NCBI GenBank assembly: GCA_017524805.1
Contig: JAFXUX010000006.1
Coordinates: 389-64,388 of the forward strand
DNA length: 64,000 nt
Direction of reading: 5' to 3'
From: Candidatus Methanomethylophilaceae archaeon
GTDB taxonomy: Archaea; Thermoplasmatota; Thermoplasmata; Methanomassiliicoccales; Methanomethylophilaceae
Shown: positions 37,799-46,349 of the stretch, piece by piece
Position numbering within the stretch: the first letter of the stretch is position 1
Layout: every line of letters starts with the position of its first letter
Position numbers and translations under genes: made by a program
The notes under the pieces: generated by a model
What the model was told of the DNA's origin: nothing
What the model saw: only the letters and a program-made list of their open reading frames with translations
The model's database searches: none

Positions 37799-38393
37799 AT
37801 CTTAACAAGACCACCGCGAGGACGCTTCGCGTTGGGATCATCATAGGAATGGCGTTGATAGCCATAGGGCTGATTCTGTCGGCTTTGGGATACGGGAATT
37901 CGATGCTCAGCGCGGGGATTCTGATCCTGATAATATCCCCATTGGCCGGCGTCATCGCTTCGTTCGCTGCCCTGGCGACGGAAAAAGATTGGTTCTGGGC
38001 ATCGATAGCGGCCATCCTGCTAGCGATCACCGTCGTCGGGATGGTTTTGGCTGCTCTCCGATGGTTTCGCCCGCCCAGATCGGCGCAAGAATGGGAAACG
38101 TCAGGTCGAGCGCTCCCTCCCTCGTCATGAGATTGATCGTCAAATTTTCTGACGCGGGCCAGAATGGCCTCGGATCCCTTGGGCACAACCAAATCTAGAT
38201 CCTTCATCATCTCATAATTCTGGCAGTATTCTATGCGCCTCTTTTCCTTATAATCCAGATAGAATTTGAGGGCGTCATTTACCAGTTCCGCGATGGTCTC
38301 CCCTTGGAGGACGCGTTCTTCCTCCAGCCTTTTCCTTAGCACAGTACTGATTTTGACCGAGATTTGGACTGATGTCTGTCCTGCAGCACCCAT
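37608..38393 (-). CDS. ribbon-helix-helix (CopG-like) protein, 3' end uncertain
   Basis: The first ~90 aa (VQISVKISTVLRKRLEEERVLQGETIAELVNDALKFYLDYK…) look like an RHH domain. The rest of the 261-aa ORF is antisense to the DUF1634-like gene and not protein-like. No stop occurs before 37608. Confidence 0.4.
   Translation of the reverse strand: MGAAGQTSVQISVKISTVLRKRLEEERVLQGETIAELVNDALKFYLDYKEKRRIEYCQNYEMMKDLDLVVPKGSEAILARVRKFDDQSHDEGGSARPDVSHSCADLGGRNHRRAAKTIPTTVIASRMAAIDAQNQSFSVARAANEAMTPANGDIIRIRIPALSIEFPYPKADRISPMAINAIPMMIPTRSVLAVVLLRFIICLQPAEGPILRRRTAERRSISSDAWHVFFLRGLYPRETRRKLLSRFQRRIPAGLSLTGNM
37795..38130 (+). CDS. small membrane protein (DUF1634-like TauE partner)
   Basis: MNLNKTTARTLRVGIIIGMALIAIGLILSALG…. 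ATGA overlap with the TauE stop. Read from the distal part of ORF 37456..38130. Confidence 0.55.
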   Translation: MNLNKTTARTLRVGIIIGMALIAIGLILSALGYGNSMLSAGILILIISPLAGVIASFAALATEKDWFWASIAAILLAITVVGMVLAALRWFRPPRSAQEWETSGRALPPSS

Positions 38394-38511
38394 ACAATTC
38401 GTTATGTACCTGTAATACTAAATTTATATCCAGTCAAACATGGTGCATATGAATTCTGTATCAATCAAATAATAGGTTATACAATCCATCCAACCTAATA
38501 AGAATAAACTA

Positions 38512-40321
38512 ATTAACGAGTTCCCAACGAGCCGTATAGTCAGTTGACAGGATTCTTTTTAGGCCTCCCCCTAGGCCTCTTAGGCTTCTCTTCGGTGCCC
38601 GTTTTCTTAGGTCTTCCACGCTTCTTCGGAGCGACCGGTTCGGGGCCTTTGGACAATCCCAGCTTCTCCATGGTCTCATGGACATTGGGAAGCGTATGCA
38701 CCCAAGCGCCGTCCGAACGGGACGGCGCCTCGGGTCCATCCACCCTCCGCCATGCGGATGACAGGTCGTCCATGAGGTCCCTGTACGAGGCCTCCTCCAG
38801 GAGCTTCGTCTCGGTGAACCGCCTGATTATCCTGCATGTGATTATCGTCGCGATGCTGTTGATGAACTCGCTGCCCCGCACGGAGAAATCGCCCTGGACC
38901 CTGATGTCGTCCAGGCCCTCGTCATTCTTGTAATAGTTGAAGACCAGCTCCAGGAGCCATCTGTCGTCGTAGCATCTGTACGCCGTCTCGCAGTCCATAT
39001 CGAGATCGGATTCGAACACGATCGTCCCGAAGTTCCTGTCCTTCTTCGAATATTTCTGATAATCGAAGGACTTCTGGGTGCTCCTCCTGCCCAGGTAGGT
39101 CATCTCCTCCAGGGATGCCTTGTACGGGTCCTTGAAGGCATAGAGGAACATGCCGCCCTGTATGCGGCGCTTCCTGTAGAGCACCTTATGCTCGGTGTTC
39201 TCCAGTATTCCCTCGAAATCCAGCATGTCGTTGTTCGTTATGCGGATGTCGTTGCGCTTTATAGGAGTGAGGAAATGGAGCTGGGGGCGGTCCCCCAGCT
39301 CCTCCCTTATCCTGCTGGGAGGGAACCCCTTGTCGGCTATGATGATGCCTTTCCGGATGTCGTTGTCGCGGATGAAATCCGAGTATGCGACGGCGTCTAT
39401 GCAGTTACCCGGGAACACCTCGGCACATATGGGCTCCATCCTCTCGACGTCATAGGCATAGATGACTGAAACGTCCTTGGTGCCCTTCACCCTCGACTTG
39501 TATGAAAAATCCGAAAGGTCGTTGACGGTGCTGTTATCAGTCTTCAGTGTCCCGTCGATGGCCACATGATGCGTCTCGGCCACTGCCTTGATGCGTCTGG
39601 AATAGAACTCCTTGCGCTTGGGCCCGTTCATGCCCAGCAGCTGATGGAGCCCGCATACGCTGTTCTTGGAGATCGCCAGGTCGGGGTAGAATACGCTGGC
39701 GAACGTCCTCCTGTAATGGGTGGACAGGCGATTATCGGTCACATGCGGTATCGCCACCCGCAGGGCGGCGATGGCCATGATCTGATATCCCGCATCGATA
39801 CCGTAGACGTCCAGGAGGTCGTTAAGGATGTCATCGGATACCGACCTTACCAATGCCAGTGCACCGAACGACAGTTCCTGTGGCTCAGATCCGGAGAGAT
39901 CCGATACGGGAACGAACCTCCCGTTGTGGATGTATCCGATCACCTCTCCGTTGACAGGCTGAGGGTTGTGGCCGGGAACGTAGATGACCTTCTTGCGCGA
40001 CCTCACGGCGTACCTCTTCCTTCCGTCGCCGCCATTGTCGACGACGACGGTGTTGCTCGGTCTCGGGACCTTCCTGATTTCCTCCGGCACTCCCATAAAA
40101 TCCCCCTAAATATAGTATTTATTCTATATTTCAGTACTATATATTAACATTTTTGCCTGTCATTATTCAAAGATTACGGACCCCGTCCATCACTTCGATT
40201 GCCGGAAGAATCCTGAAAAGGCCGACAGGATCGAACAATAAACGTTACTTCAGCCCAAAACAGGCCCGAAATACACTGATTCTCAGAGGGATATAGTACG
40301 GCTCGTTGGGAACTCGTTAAT
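38512..40321 (-). mobile_element. intact insertion sequence, IS4/IS1634-type (~1.81 kb)
   Basis: 25-bp perfect terminal inverted repeats (38512..38536 attaacgagttcccaacgagccgta, 40297..40321 reverse complement) bracket a single DDE transposase ORF. Confidence 0.88.
38540..40096 (-). CDS. DDE transposase (IS4 family, IS1634-like) with two C-terminal AT-hooks
   Basis: D (HVAIDGT), D (IIADKGF), and Y-2-R-3-E-6-K signature YDDRWLLELVFNYYK. The C-terminus is KKRGRPKKTGTEEKPKRPRGRPKKNP. Confidence 0.9.
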   Translation of the reverse strand: MGVPEEIRKVPRPSNTVVVDNGGDGRKRYAVRSRKKVIYVPGHNPQPVNGEVIGYIHNGRFVPVSDLSGSEPQELSFGALALVRSVSDDILNDLLDVYGIDAGYQIMAIAALRVAIPHVTDNRLSTHYRRTFASVFYPDLAISKNSVCGLHQLLGMNGPKRKEFYSRRIKAVAETHHVAIDGTLKTDNSTVNDLSDFSYKSRVKGTKDVSVIYAYDVERMEPICAEVFPGNCIDAVAYSDFIRDNDIRKGIIIADKGFPPSRIREELGDRPQLHFLTPIKRNDIRITNNDMLDFEGILENTEHKVLYRKRRIQGGMFLYAFKDPYKASLEEMTYLGRRSTQKSFDYQKYSKKDRNFGTIVFESDLDMDCETAYRCYDDRWLLELVFNYYKNDEGLDDIRVQGDFSVRGSEFINSIATIITCRIIRRFTETKLLEEASYRDLMDDLSSAWRRVDGPEAPSRSDGAWVHTLPNVHETMEKLGLSKGPEPVAPKKRGRPKKTGTEEKPKRPRGRPKKNPVN

Positions 40322-40496
40322 CGATCATTCTGTTCATATCATCGGTCGTATCCGCACTGACGTAAAGCCACCCTTCGCCAACATCCATCTCGATCCGACT
40401 GCTACGGTCTGCGGTTGATTCGTATTTCAGCCCGATGATATCATTCACATCGAAAAGTGCATTCATTAGAGATGCCTCATTTCTTTTCCGATTCAT
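40317..40496 (-). CDS. small ORF (59 aa) whose stop codon lies inside the IS terminal repeat
   Basis: My translation is MNRKRNEASLMNALFDVNDIIGLKYESTADRSSRIEMDVGEGWLYVSADTTDDMNRMID-taa. It is below the ORF-track cutoff. Confidence 0.3.
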   Translation of the reverse strand: MNRKRNEASLMNALFDVNDIIGLKYESTADRSSRIEMDVGEGWLYVSADTTDDMNRMID

Positions 40497-40590
40497 CTGG
40501 ATCCGTCTGGATAGATGGGTTCATGCCCGAAGAATATCTCCCTTTCTTCCATCGCATCCTCCACCATCTTCCTGATCATAGGTTCGGCTT

Positions 40591-40788
40591 TCAGAACAGC
40601 TTCAGTCCGTTGATCTTCTTGATCAGTCCGGCATCTACGAATCTGTAGTAAGCATCCCAGAGTCTGCTGTCATCGGCATTCTCCACATCGCCGATGTCCC
40701 TGCTCCTTTCGATGTACTTCCCCTGGTTCAGCTCCCTGAACTCGTCAGATTGCCTCTTTTCTGGGGCAACTTCTGACTCTCTTTCCAT
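40591..40788 (-). CDS. small hypothetical protein (65 aa)
   Basis: ORF-track entry MERESEVAPEKRQSDEFRELNQGKYIERSRDIGDVENADDSRLWDAYYRFVDAGLIKKINGLKLF. It lies immediately downstream of tRNA-Leu. Confidence 0.35.
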   Translation of the reverse strand: MERESEVAPEKRQSDEFRELNQGKYIERSRDIGDVENADDSRLWDAYYRFVDAGLIKKINGLKLF

Positions 40789-40892
40789 GAGTTTTTCACT
40801 CCGTCATCCGGACGATTTTGAGGACGATTCCGATGCTTTCGCTTGTGCAACGAGCGCATTGCACCGAAACTAATGTCTGGCTAGTGAAAAAG

Positions 40893-40980
40893 TGGTGCAA
40901 GGGAAGGGATTTGAACCCTCGAACTCCTACGAGAATAGGCCCTGAACCTATCTCCTTTGGCCAGGCTCGGATACCCTTGC
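40893..40980 (-). tRNA. tRNA-Leu (anticodon CAG), class II, CCA encoded
   Basis: Reverse complement reads GCAAGGG-TA-TCCGAGCCTGGCCAAAGGA-GATAGG-TTCAGGG-CCTATT-CTCGTAGGAGTTC-GAGGG-TTCAAAT-CCCTT-CCCTTGC-A-CCA, with a long variable arm. Confidence 0.85.
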
Positions 40981-41030
40981 ACAGGATGAGAACCACCATT
41001 CTTTGCTTGTATTTCAATATTGTTACTGGC

Positions 41031-41255
41031 TCAGGAGTTGTCCTTCATGATCTTCATCCAGCCACCAGACTCGTAGATGGCAAGACCCCTTTTGCTCAGA
41101 AGAGCTTCGAATTCCTTCCAGGAGATAACCTCGAGCCTGTCGTTGTAGCCTTTAGTGAACTGAACGCCTTCGGTTCCCTTCACCTTTCCGGGTTTCAACC
41201 CTTTGTTCTTGGCTATTGTCTGGGCTTTTTTGATTGATATGCGTTCCATGGACAT
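41031..41255 (-). CDS. small hypothetical protein (74 aa)
   Basis: MSMERISIKKAQTIAKNKGLKPGKVKGTEGVQFTKGYNDRLEVISWKEFEALLSKRGLAIYESGGWMKIM. Basic N-terminus. I recognise no family. Confidence 0.5.
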   Translation of the reverse strand: MSMERISIKKAQTIAKNKGLKPGKVKGTEGVQFTKGYNDRLEVISWKEFEALLSKRGLAIYESGGWMKIMKDNS

Positions 41256-41438
41256 CCTTAGGTCACAGTATCATATCGCTAAATATCATATAAAAAACAT
41301 TGTCAAAACAAGAAAAATCTGGCAATTCAATGGAATAGTGCCAGTATCAAATATTATAGATATCTGGATTAATAATCCAATTTAAACGCATCCATGATGA
41401 CCGCAACCCATATCAATGTCAGTGCGTAAAAGGTTGGC

Positions 41439-42749
41439 ATGCCTGAAAGAATGGGTCTCGTTCTGCGCTCCGGACCGGGCGCGGCCGTGACCACGGAGAT
41501 GGGGATCGAAGTCGGCCGCGCCCTGGCCGCAGAGCACAAGCGCGTGGCGGTCATCTCAGACGACATGAGGAGCACCCGCATGATGAAGGAGGCGCTTATA
41601 TCTGGGATTCTGTCCCAAGGCGCGGACGTCTTGGATTGCGGAAGCGCCACGGAAGCCGCCGCCGCATACGCCGCAAGGCTCGCAGATTGCTCGGCTTACG
41701 TCTCGGAATGCCCCACCTACGGAAATGCCAGCGGATACAGGCTGTTCGGCAGGGACGGAAGGCAATTCACGGAATCCCAGATCAGGCGTTTGGACTCGAT
41801 CCGCGATAACTTGGTGACCCCAAACCACATGGGACTGGGGAAGAGGATCCCATATGTCAACGCCGTCTCCGACTACAATTCGTTCGCGTCCTCCCGCATC
41901 GGGAAAATATCTGGGGCCCCAGTTCTCCTGGACTGCGGATGCGGCATAGCGTCCGAATCCGCCCCGCAGGTGCTGGAATCCGTCGGCATAGAGGTCATTT
42001 CGGTGAATTGCCACCGCAGCAGGGATTTCGTGCCGAAAGACCCTTCAGCAGAGGCCCAGCAGTTCGGATGGCTGCACGATCTGATCTCCAACAAAGAGGG
42101 ATGCATAGGCATCGGCATGGATCGCATCGGGTCCCGCGCCACCGTCATCGGCGAGGACGGGAACATCATAGACCATGCGTCGGCGTCCGCTCTGGCAGTG
42201 AGATCGGCCGCCCCAAAAAGCATCGTCATGTCGATGAATGTGACATCGAGGGTGAAGGATGAATTCCTTAAGAACGGCGGGGACCCAGAGATGATCTACA
42301 TGGCACCCATGGGGACAGCCGATGTGGCCGCCGTGATGGCCGAGAAAAATGCCGACATGGCCGTATGCGACGCCGGGATCATGTACAGCGGAATCCCCGC
42401 GCTGGACGGCATCCGCACCGCCGCGGCCATATCGAAGCTTGCGAACAGCGGAAGCCTCAAGAAAATGGCCGAAGACGTCTCCACCCTTAGGGACATCTCA
42501 TCGATCAAGGTCGACAATAATCCCGGCGCGTTCGACAGAGGGATGGAAACAGCCCTCTCCGGAAGGGAGGGGAAAATCTTCGTCTGCAAGGATGGGTGGA
42601 GAGTCGACATGGACAAGGGATGGGTCCTGATCCGCAAGCCGAAGGAAGGCGTCTGCAGAGTTTCCGCAGAATCCCCGGACAGCGCATATCTGGCCGGCCT
42701 CCTGGAAACCGGAGCCGATATGGTCAGAATCGCGTCCAAATCTCAGTAA
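41439..42749 (+). CDS. alpha-D-phosphohexomutase-fold protein (GlmM/PMM-like) with degenerate catalytic motifs
   Basis: Four-domain length (436 aa) and collinear blocks. SECPTY replaces TASHNP, GMDRIGSR replaces DGDGDR, and IRKPKEGV replaces RPSGTEP. Confidence 0.7.
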   Translation: MPERMGLVLRSGPGAAVTTEMGIEVGRALAAEHKRVAVISDDMRSTRMMKEALISGILSQGADVLDCGSATEAAAAYAARLADCSAYVSECPTYGNASGYRLFGRDGRQFTESQIRRLDSIRDNLVTPNHMGLGKRIPYVNAVSDYNSFASSRIGKISGAPVLLDCGCGIASESAPQVLESVGIEVISVNCHRSRDFVPKDPSAEAQQFGWLHDLISNKEGCIGIGMDRIGSRATVIGEDGNIIDHASASALAVRSAAPKSIVMSMNVTSRVKDEFLKNGGDPEMIYMAPMGTADVAAVMAEKNADMAVCDAGIMYSGIPALDGIRTAAAISKLANSGSLKKMAEDVSTLRDISSIKVDNNPGAFDRGMETALSGREGKIFVCKDGWRVDMDKGWVLIRKPKEGVCRVSAESPDSAYLAGLLETGADMVRIASKSQ

Positions 42750-43114
42750 ACGATCTCCAGATCCAGGACGTTGCCATCGGAATCGTACGCCCTCCAGCTC
42801 CGGCGGTCGTAGGGCTGGCAGGTTATTATGTGGACGCCGCCCATGTTGCGGAAATAATCCAGGTCGGCGTCCGACGCTTGGTTGGAATAACCCGGATGGG
42901 AGTGAGCGGAACCGGCGATGCTGTAATCTATCGGGGCCATCCATTGGTTCAGGAAGCTGTGGCTGTCCCCGTAGACCGTCCCGGGAAGGATGATCATCTC
43001 CGAGATTATGCCGTCTATCTCGCGGGTCATGCACAGGAACTCGTCCGGATAGGTTGACCTAGCCGCGTCGTTCAGACCGTCTATGAAATCCACATCGACC
43101 CCGGTTATCTTCAT
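42743..43114 (-). CDS. JAB1/MPN (JAMM) metalloprotease
   Basis: The distal 123 aa of ORF 42743..43411. JAMM motif AHSHPGYSNQASDADL (HxHx7Sx2D). ATGA overlap with the upstream NAD kinase gene. Confidence 0.8.
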   Translation of the reverse strand: MKITGVDVDFIDGLNDAARSTYPDEFLCMTREIDGIISEMIILPGTVYGDSHSFLNQWMAPIDYSIAGSAHSHPGYSNQASDADLDYFRNMGGVHIITCQPYDRRSWRAYDSDGNVLDLEIVY

Positions 43115-44721
43115 TCCCCGTTCACCAGCTTCTCGCGGACGCGCGAATAGAAATCGTCGTTGAAACGTATCAGACGGGCTTTCTTGGATGACATCATGAA
43201 CTGCACGGAGGTCCCGCCTTCCATCTTCACCTCGCTCTGGCCGTCCAATACAATCATGCAGCCTCTGTCGAGAACGTTCTCCACCGTTATCTTGGAGGTC
43301 GCCGGGACCAGGAACGGACGGGAGGTGTACTTGTAAGGGGCCATGGGAACCACCAGCATCGCCTCGACGTGGGGATCCATGTACGGCGCCCCGAGGCTCA
43401 TTGCATAGCACGTCGATCCCGTGGGAGTGGATACGACTATCCCGTCCGCGCGGAAATCAGCCGCCAGAACATCGTCCACGTAAATGCGGTAATGGCGGAT
43501 CTTCGCGACGGTATCGGTATGCACCACGGCCTCGTTCACGGAATCCGGGAGATATTCCCCGCCATACCTGGTGGCTATCTTGAAGCGGGTATCCACGGCG
43601 TAATCCCCCGACAGGAGACGGGTTATGCCCTCTTTGATGTGGTCGCGGTCTATCTCGGCGAGGAATCCGACGCTTCCGCCGTTTATGCCGATTACCAACG
43701 CATCGTTGTTCTGCATAGCTCTGAGAAGAGTCCCGTCCCCTCCGATGACGATGACGATGTCCGCGTCCATATCTTTCAGTGGAGTGCCCTGGATGCCGAG
43801 GACCTTCGCTATGCCGCTGTCCACGATGTAATCCTGGCCCTGCAGCGCATCCAAGACCTGGCGCGTGTATTCGGCGGCGTTGCTCACCGAGACGTTAGTG
43901 TATACGCCATAGGTCAGACCGTCATGCGGGAGTATGTCGTTCTTCATGGCGTAGTCGTAGACTTTCTTGTCCCCGACGGCCACGAAATTGGATCTGCGGT
44001 CGAGATCGAATGGCATATCCATCGGGTTCCCGCCCAAGTCGTAAATCTCGCCCCCGGCCTCCTTCAGGATTATGTAGCTCGCCGCGATGTCGACCACCCT
44101 TATCGCGCGGAAATAATTCCTAGAATTCATGTAATAGCCATCGGCCTCCCCTTCGGCGACGATGGCCATCTCCAGGGAAGCGCATCCGAACGAGCGGGAG
44201 GACTTCACCCTCCGCGCCAACGCAGCTGATTCGGGAGCGGCGCTGTTGCCCTGGTATATCATCATGAAGAGCTCGCTCAGATCGGCTTTGCGGACATGGA
44301 TGGGCTTCCCGTTCTTGTAGGCGCCTTTCCCTTTCTCCGCCCACATCTCGTCGCCGGTGGCCAGATTGCGAAGATAGCCGACGTAGATGTCGGAAAGGGC
44401 GGATTTCCCCACGGCGAGGGACACCGTGTAATATGGGATCGAGGCGATGGCGTTCGATGTCCCGTCTATTGGGTCGATGACGAGGGTATCCTCGAACCCG
44501 TTGTCGACGAATCCTATCTCCTCGCTGAGGATGTTGACCGGGATGCCGGAGCGCTCTATGAACATCATCGCGGCGTTCTCGGCTATCTTGTCGATCTGCG
44601 ACGTGGGAGTCCCGTCGGCTCCCATGCACACCTTCTCCCTTTTGGATGCGGAATCCGGGATCAGGGCAATCGCGTCCCGGACCGCGTCAGCGATGCCCGA
44701 AAGCATCTCGACCGTAATCAT
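43111..44721 (-). CDS. bifunctional inositol-monophosphatase-family NADP phosphatase / NAD kinase
   Basis: N-terminal half has LVIDPIDGTSNA and other IMPase motifs. C-terminal half has IVIGGDGTLLRA and STPTGSTCYAMSLG (NAD kinase). This fusion type is known from Methanocaldococcus. Confidence 0.9.
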   Translation of the reverse strand: MITVEMLSGIADAVRDAIALIPDSASKREKVCMGADGTPTSQIDKIAENAAMMFIERSGIPVNILSEEIGFVDNGFEDTLVIDPIDGTSNAIASIPYYTVSLAVGKSALSDIYVGYLRNLATGDEMWAEKGKGAYKNGKPIHVRKADLSELFMMIYQGNSAAPESAALARRVKSSRSFGCASLEMAIVAEGEADGYYMNSRNYFRAIRVVDIAASYIILKEAGGEIYDLGGNPMDMPFDLDRRSNFVAVGDKKVYDYAMKNDILPHDGLTYGVYTNVSVSNAAEYTRQVLDALQGQDYIVDSGIAKVLGIQGTPLKDMDADIVIVIGGDGTLLRAMQNNDALVIGINGGSVGFLAEIDRDHIKEGITRLLSGDYAVDTRFKIATRYGGEYLPDSVNEAVVHTDTVAKIRHYRIYVDDVLAADFRADGIVVSTPTGSTCYAMSLGAPYMDPHVEAMLVVPMAPYKYTSRPFLVPATSKITVENVLDRGCMIVLDGQSEVKMEGGTSVQFMMSSKKARLIRFNDDFYSRVREKLVNGE

Positions 44722-44804
44722 GAGATGCCTGATGCGATAGTGATTAATTTGGGTTTCCGACGCCGGAAAAACAACCCGATTCTAGCGACTAGGTTTATTA
44801 TTCT

Positions 44805-46349
44805 ATGACTGAATGGCATGGCGGTCGTTCTCGGATGGATGCGGAAATCAAAAAAGCTATGCCCGGGCTGTGGCTGCTGTCATTCAGCACCTTTGTGGTA
44901 TGCGTGCCTGCGGCGTTCACGCAGATTCTCTCGCTGGATCTCATGATGGATTTGAACTCGTTCCCCACCGAGGGGTACGCATGGACGTTCCCGGCTTTCG
45001 TGGGCGGAGAATGCGCCTCCATGGCCCTTTTCGCCGGCCTGATGGACAGCGTGGGCCGCAAGAAACCGTATCTGATCGGTTCGGTGCTGTTCATACTGAG
45101 TTCGATAGCCTGCGCCATGAGCTCCGATATGTCCGAGTTCATTCTGTTCCGCGTGATAGAAGGGTTCGGGGCCGGGATCATAATCATCGCGTGCATAGCG
45201 CAGATTTACTACGACGTGCCGAACCCAAAGCTCCGCTACATCGCCAACGGGATAATGTCCCTGGGATTCGGGCTGGGGATGCTGGTGGGGGTCTTCCTTG
45301 GGAAAGCGATAATAGACGGCATGGGCTGGGAGCTCACGTTCTGGGCGATGGCGGCGCTCCAAGCTATCGTCACCTATCCATCGCTGCTGACCCTGTCCAA
45401 AGGCGAGCCCAGCAGCATGAAACCGGACTACCCAGGCGCCATCATTCTCATGTTCCTCTCTGGGTTCTTCGTGTTCTTCCTTCAGAAGCTGTATCTCGAC
45501 TGGGGCCCGGTCAGCCCGGAAGGCCTCATGGGTACGGCGCTCATCGTCATGCTGATCGTCGCGCTGGCAGTCGCTGAATCTCTGAATCCGAATTCCATCG
45601 CACACCGCAAGCTGGACGACAAAAAGCTCACCGCCGCGTGCCTGATATTCATAATAATTCTGGGGGCGCTAGACATGGCCGCCGTGGGGTCGATGATAAA
45701 GATCTCGTTCTTCACATATCAGATGTCCATCCTCGAAGTTGCCCCCTATTTCACGATAATGGTTTTGGGGGCCGCGACCACCGCCATAACCATCTCCAAG
45801 AAGATCGACAAGACGGGGCATCTCGTCTGGCTCCTGCTGAGCGCCGTGCTCACGCCCATAGCGCTGCTGTCGATGCTGCTGGTCAAAGCGGACGACCCCT
45901 CATACATATTCGCCATCCATCTGTTCCTGCTCGGCCTCGCCATAGGGTGTCTGGTATCCATGCTTAATGCAACGATCCAGAACCGCACCGACGAAAGCAA
46001 CAACAGCGCCATCATGGGATTCGCCATACTCATCCGCACGGCGGCCCTTTGGCTGGGATACAACTTCTATCAATTCATCACGGACCAATACATGCTGAAC
46101 AAGCTGAGCCCGTACGTCGAGCATTGGAACGAGATCTTCCCGTTCGATATCCCCGCGGACAGCATGCTGGCCAACCTTCTGATCACCCCGATGAAAGAGC
46201 TACTGAAGCTATTGCCCGGACTGACGGACGCCATCGCGGATATCTACGCCGAAGGGATGGCTCAGGCGCTCATGCTGGGAGCCGTCATATTCGTGGCCGT
46301 TGCGATCCCCACCGCGGCCATCCTCGTAGGCAGGAGGAAAACATTATGA
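44805..46349 (+). CDS. MFS transporter (DHA2-like)
   Basis: 514 aa, hydrophobic, GLMDSVGRKKPYL motif. The stop makes an ATGA overlap with the start of the giant ORF. Confidence 0.8.
   Translation: MTEWHGGRSRMDAEIKKAMPGLWLLSFSTFVVCVPAAFTQILSLDLMMDLNSFPTEGYAWTFPAFVGGECASMALFAGLMDSVGRKKPYLIGSVLFILSSIACAMSSDMSEFILFRVIEGFGAGIIIIACIAQIYYDVPNPKLRYIANGIMSLGFGLGMLVGVFLGKAIIDGMGWELTFWAMAALQAIVTYPSLLTLSKGEPSSMKPDYPGAIILMFLSGFFVFFLQKLYLDWGPVSPEGLMGTALIVMLIVALAVAESLNPNSIAHRKLDDKKLTAACLIFIIILGALDMAAVGSMIKISFFTYQMSILEVAPYFTIMVLGAATTAITISKKIDKTGHLVWLLLSAVLTPIALLSMLLVKADDPSYIFAIHLFLLGLAIGCLVSMLNATIQNRTDESNNSAIMGFAILIRTAALWLGYNFYQFITDQYMLNKLSPYVEHWNEIFPFDIPADSMLANLLITPMKELLKLLPGLTDAIADIYAEGMAQALMLGAVIFVAVAIPTAAILVGRRKTL

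Noticed and set aside
40796-41237. ORFs 40796..41017 (-) and 40818..41237 (+)
   Set aside because: They overlap the tRNA-Leu gene and the 74-aa CDS. Their translations are not protein-like.
46049-46345. The upstream 99 codons of the giant ORF (track start 46049)
   Set aside because: It overlaps the 3' end of the MFS gene out of frame and is R/H/G-rich. A signal-peptide start with a strong SD (aggagga) is at 46346.
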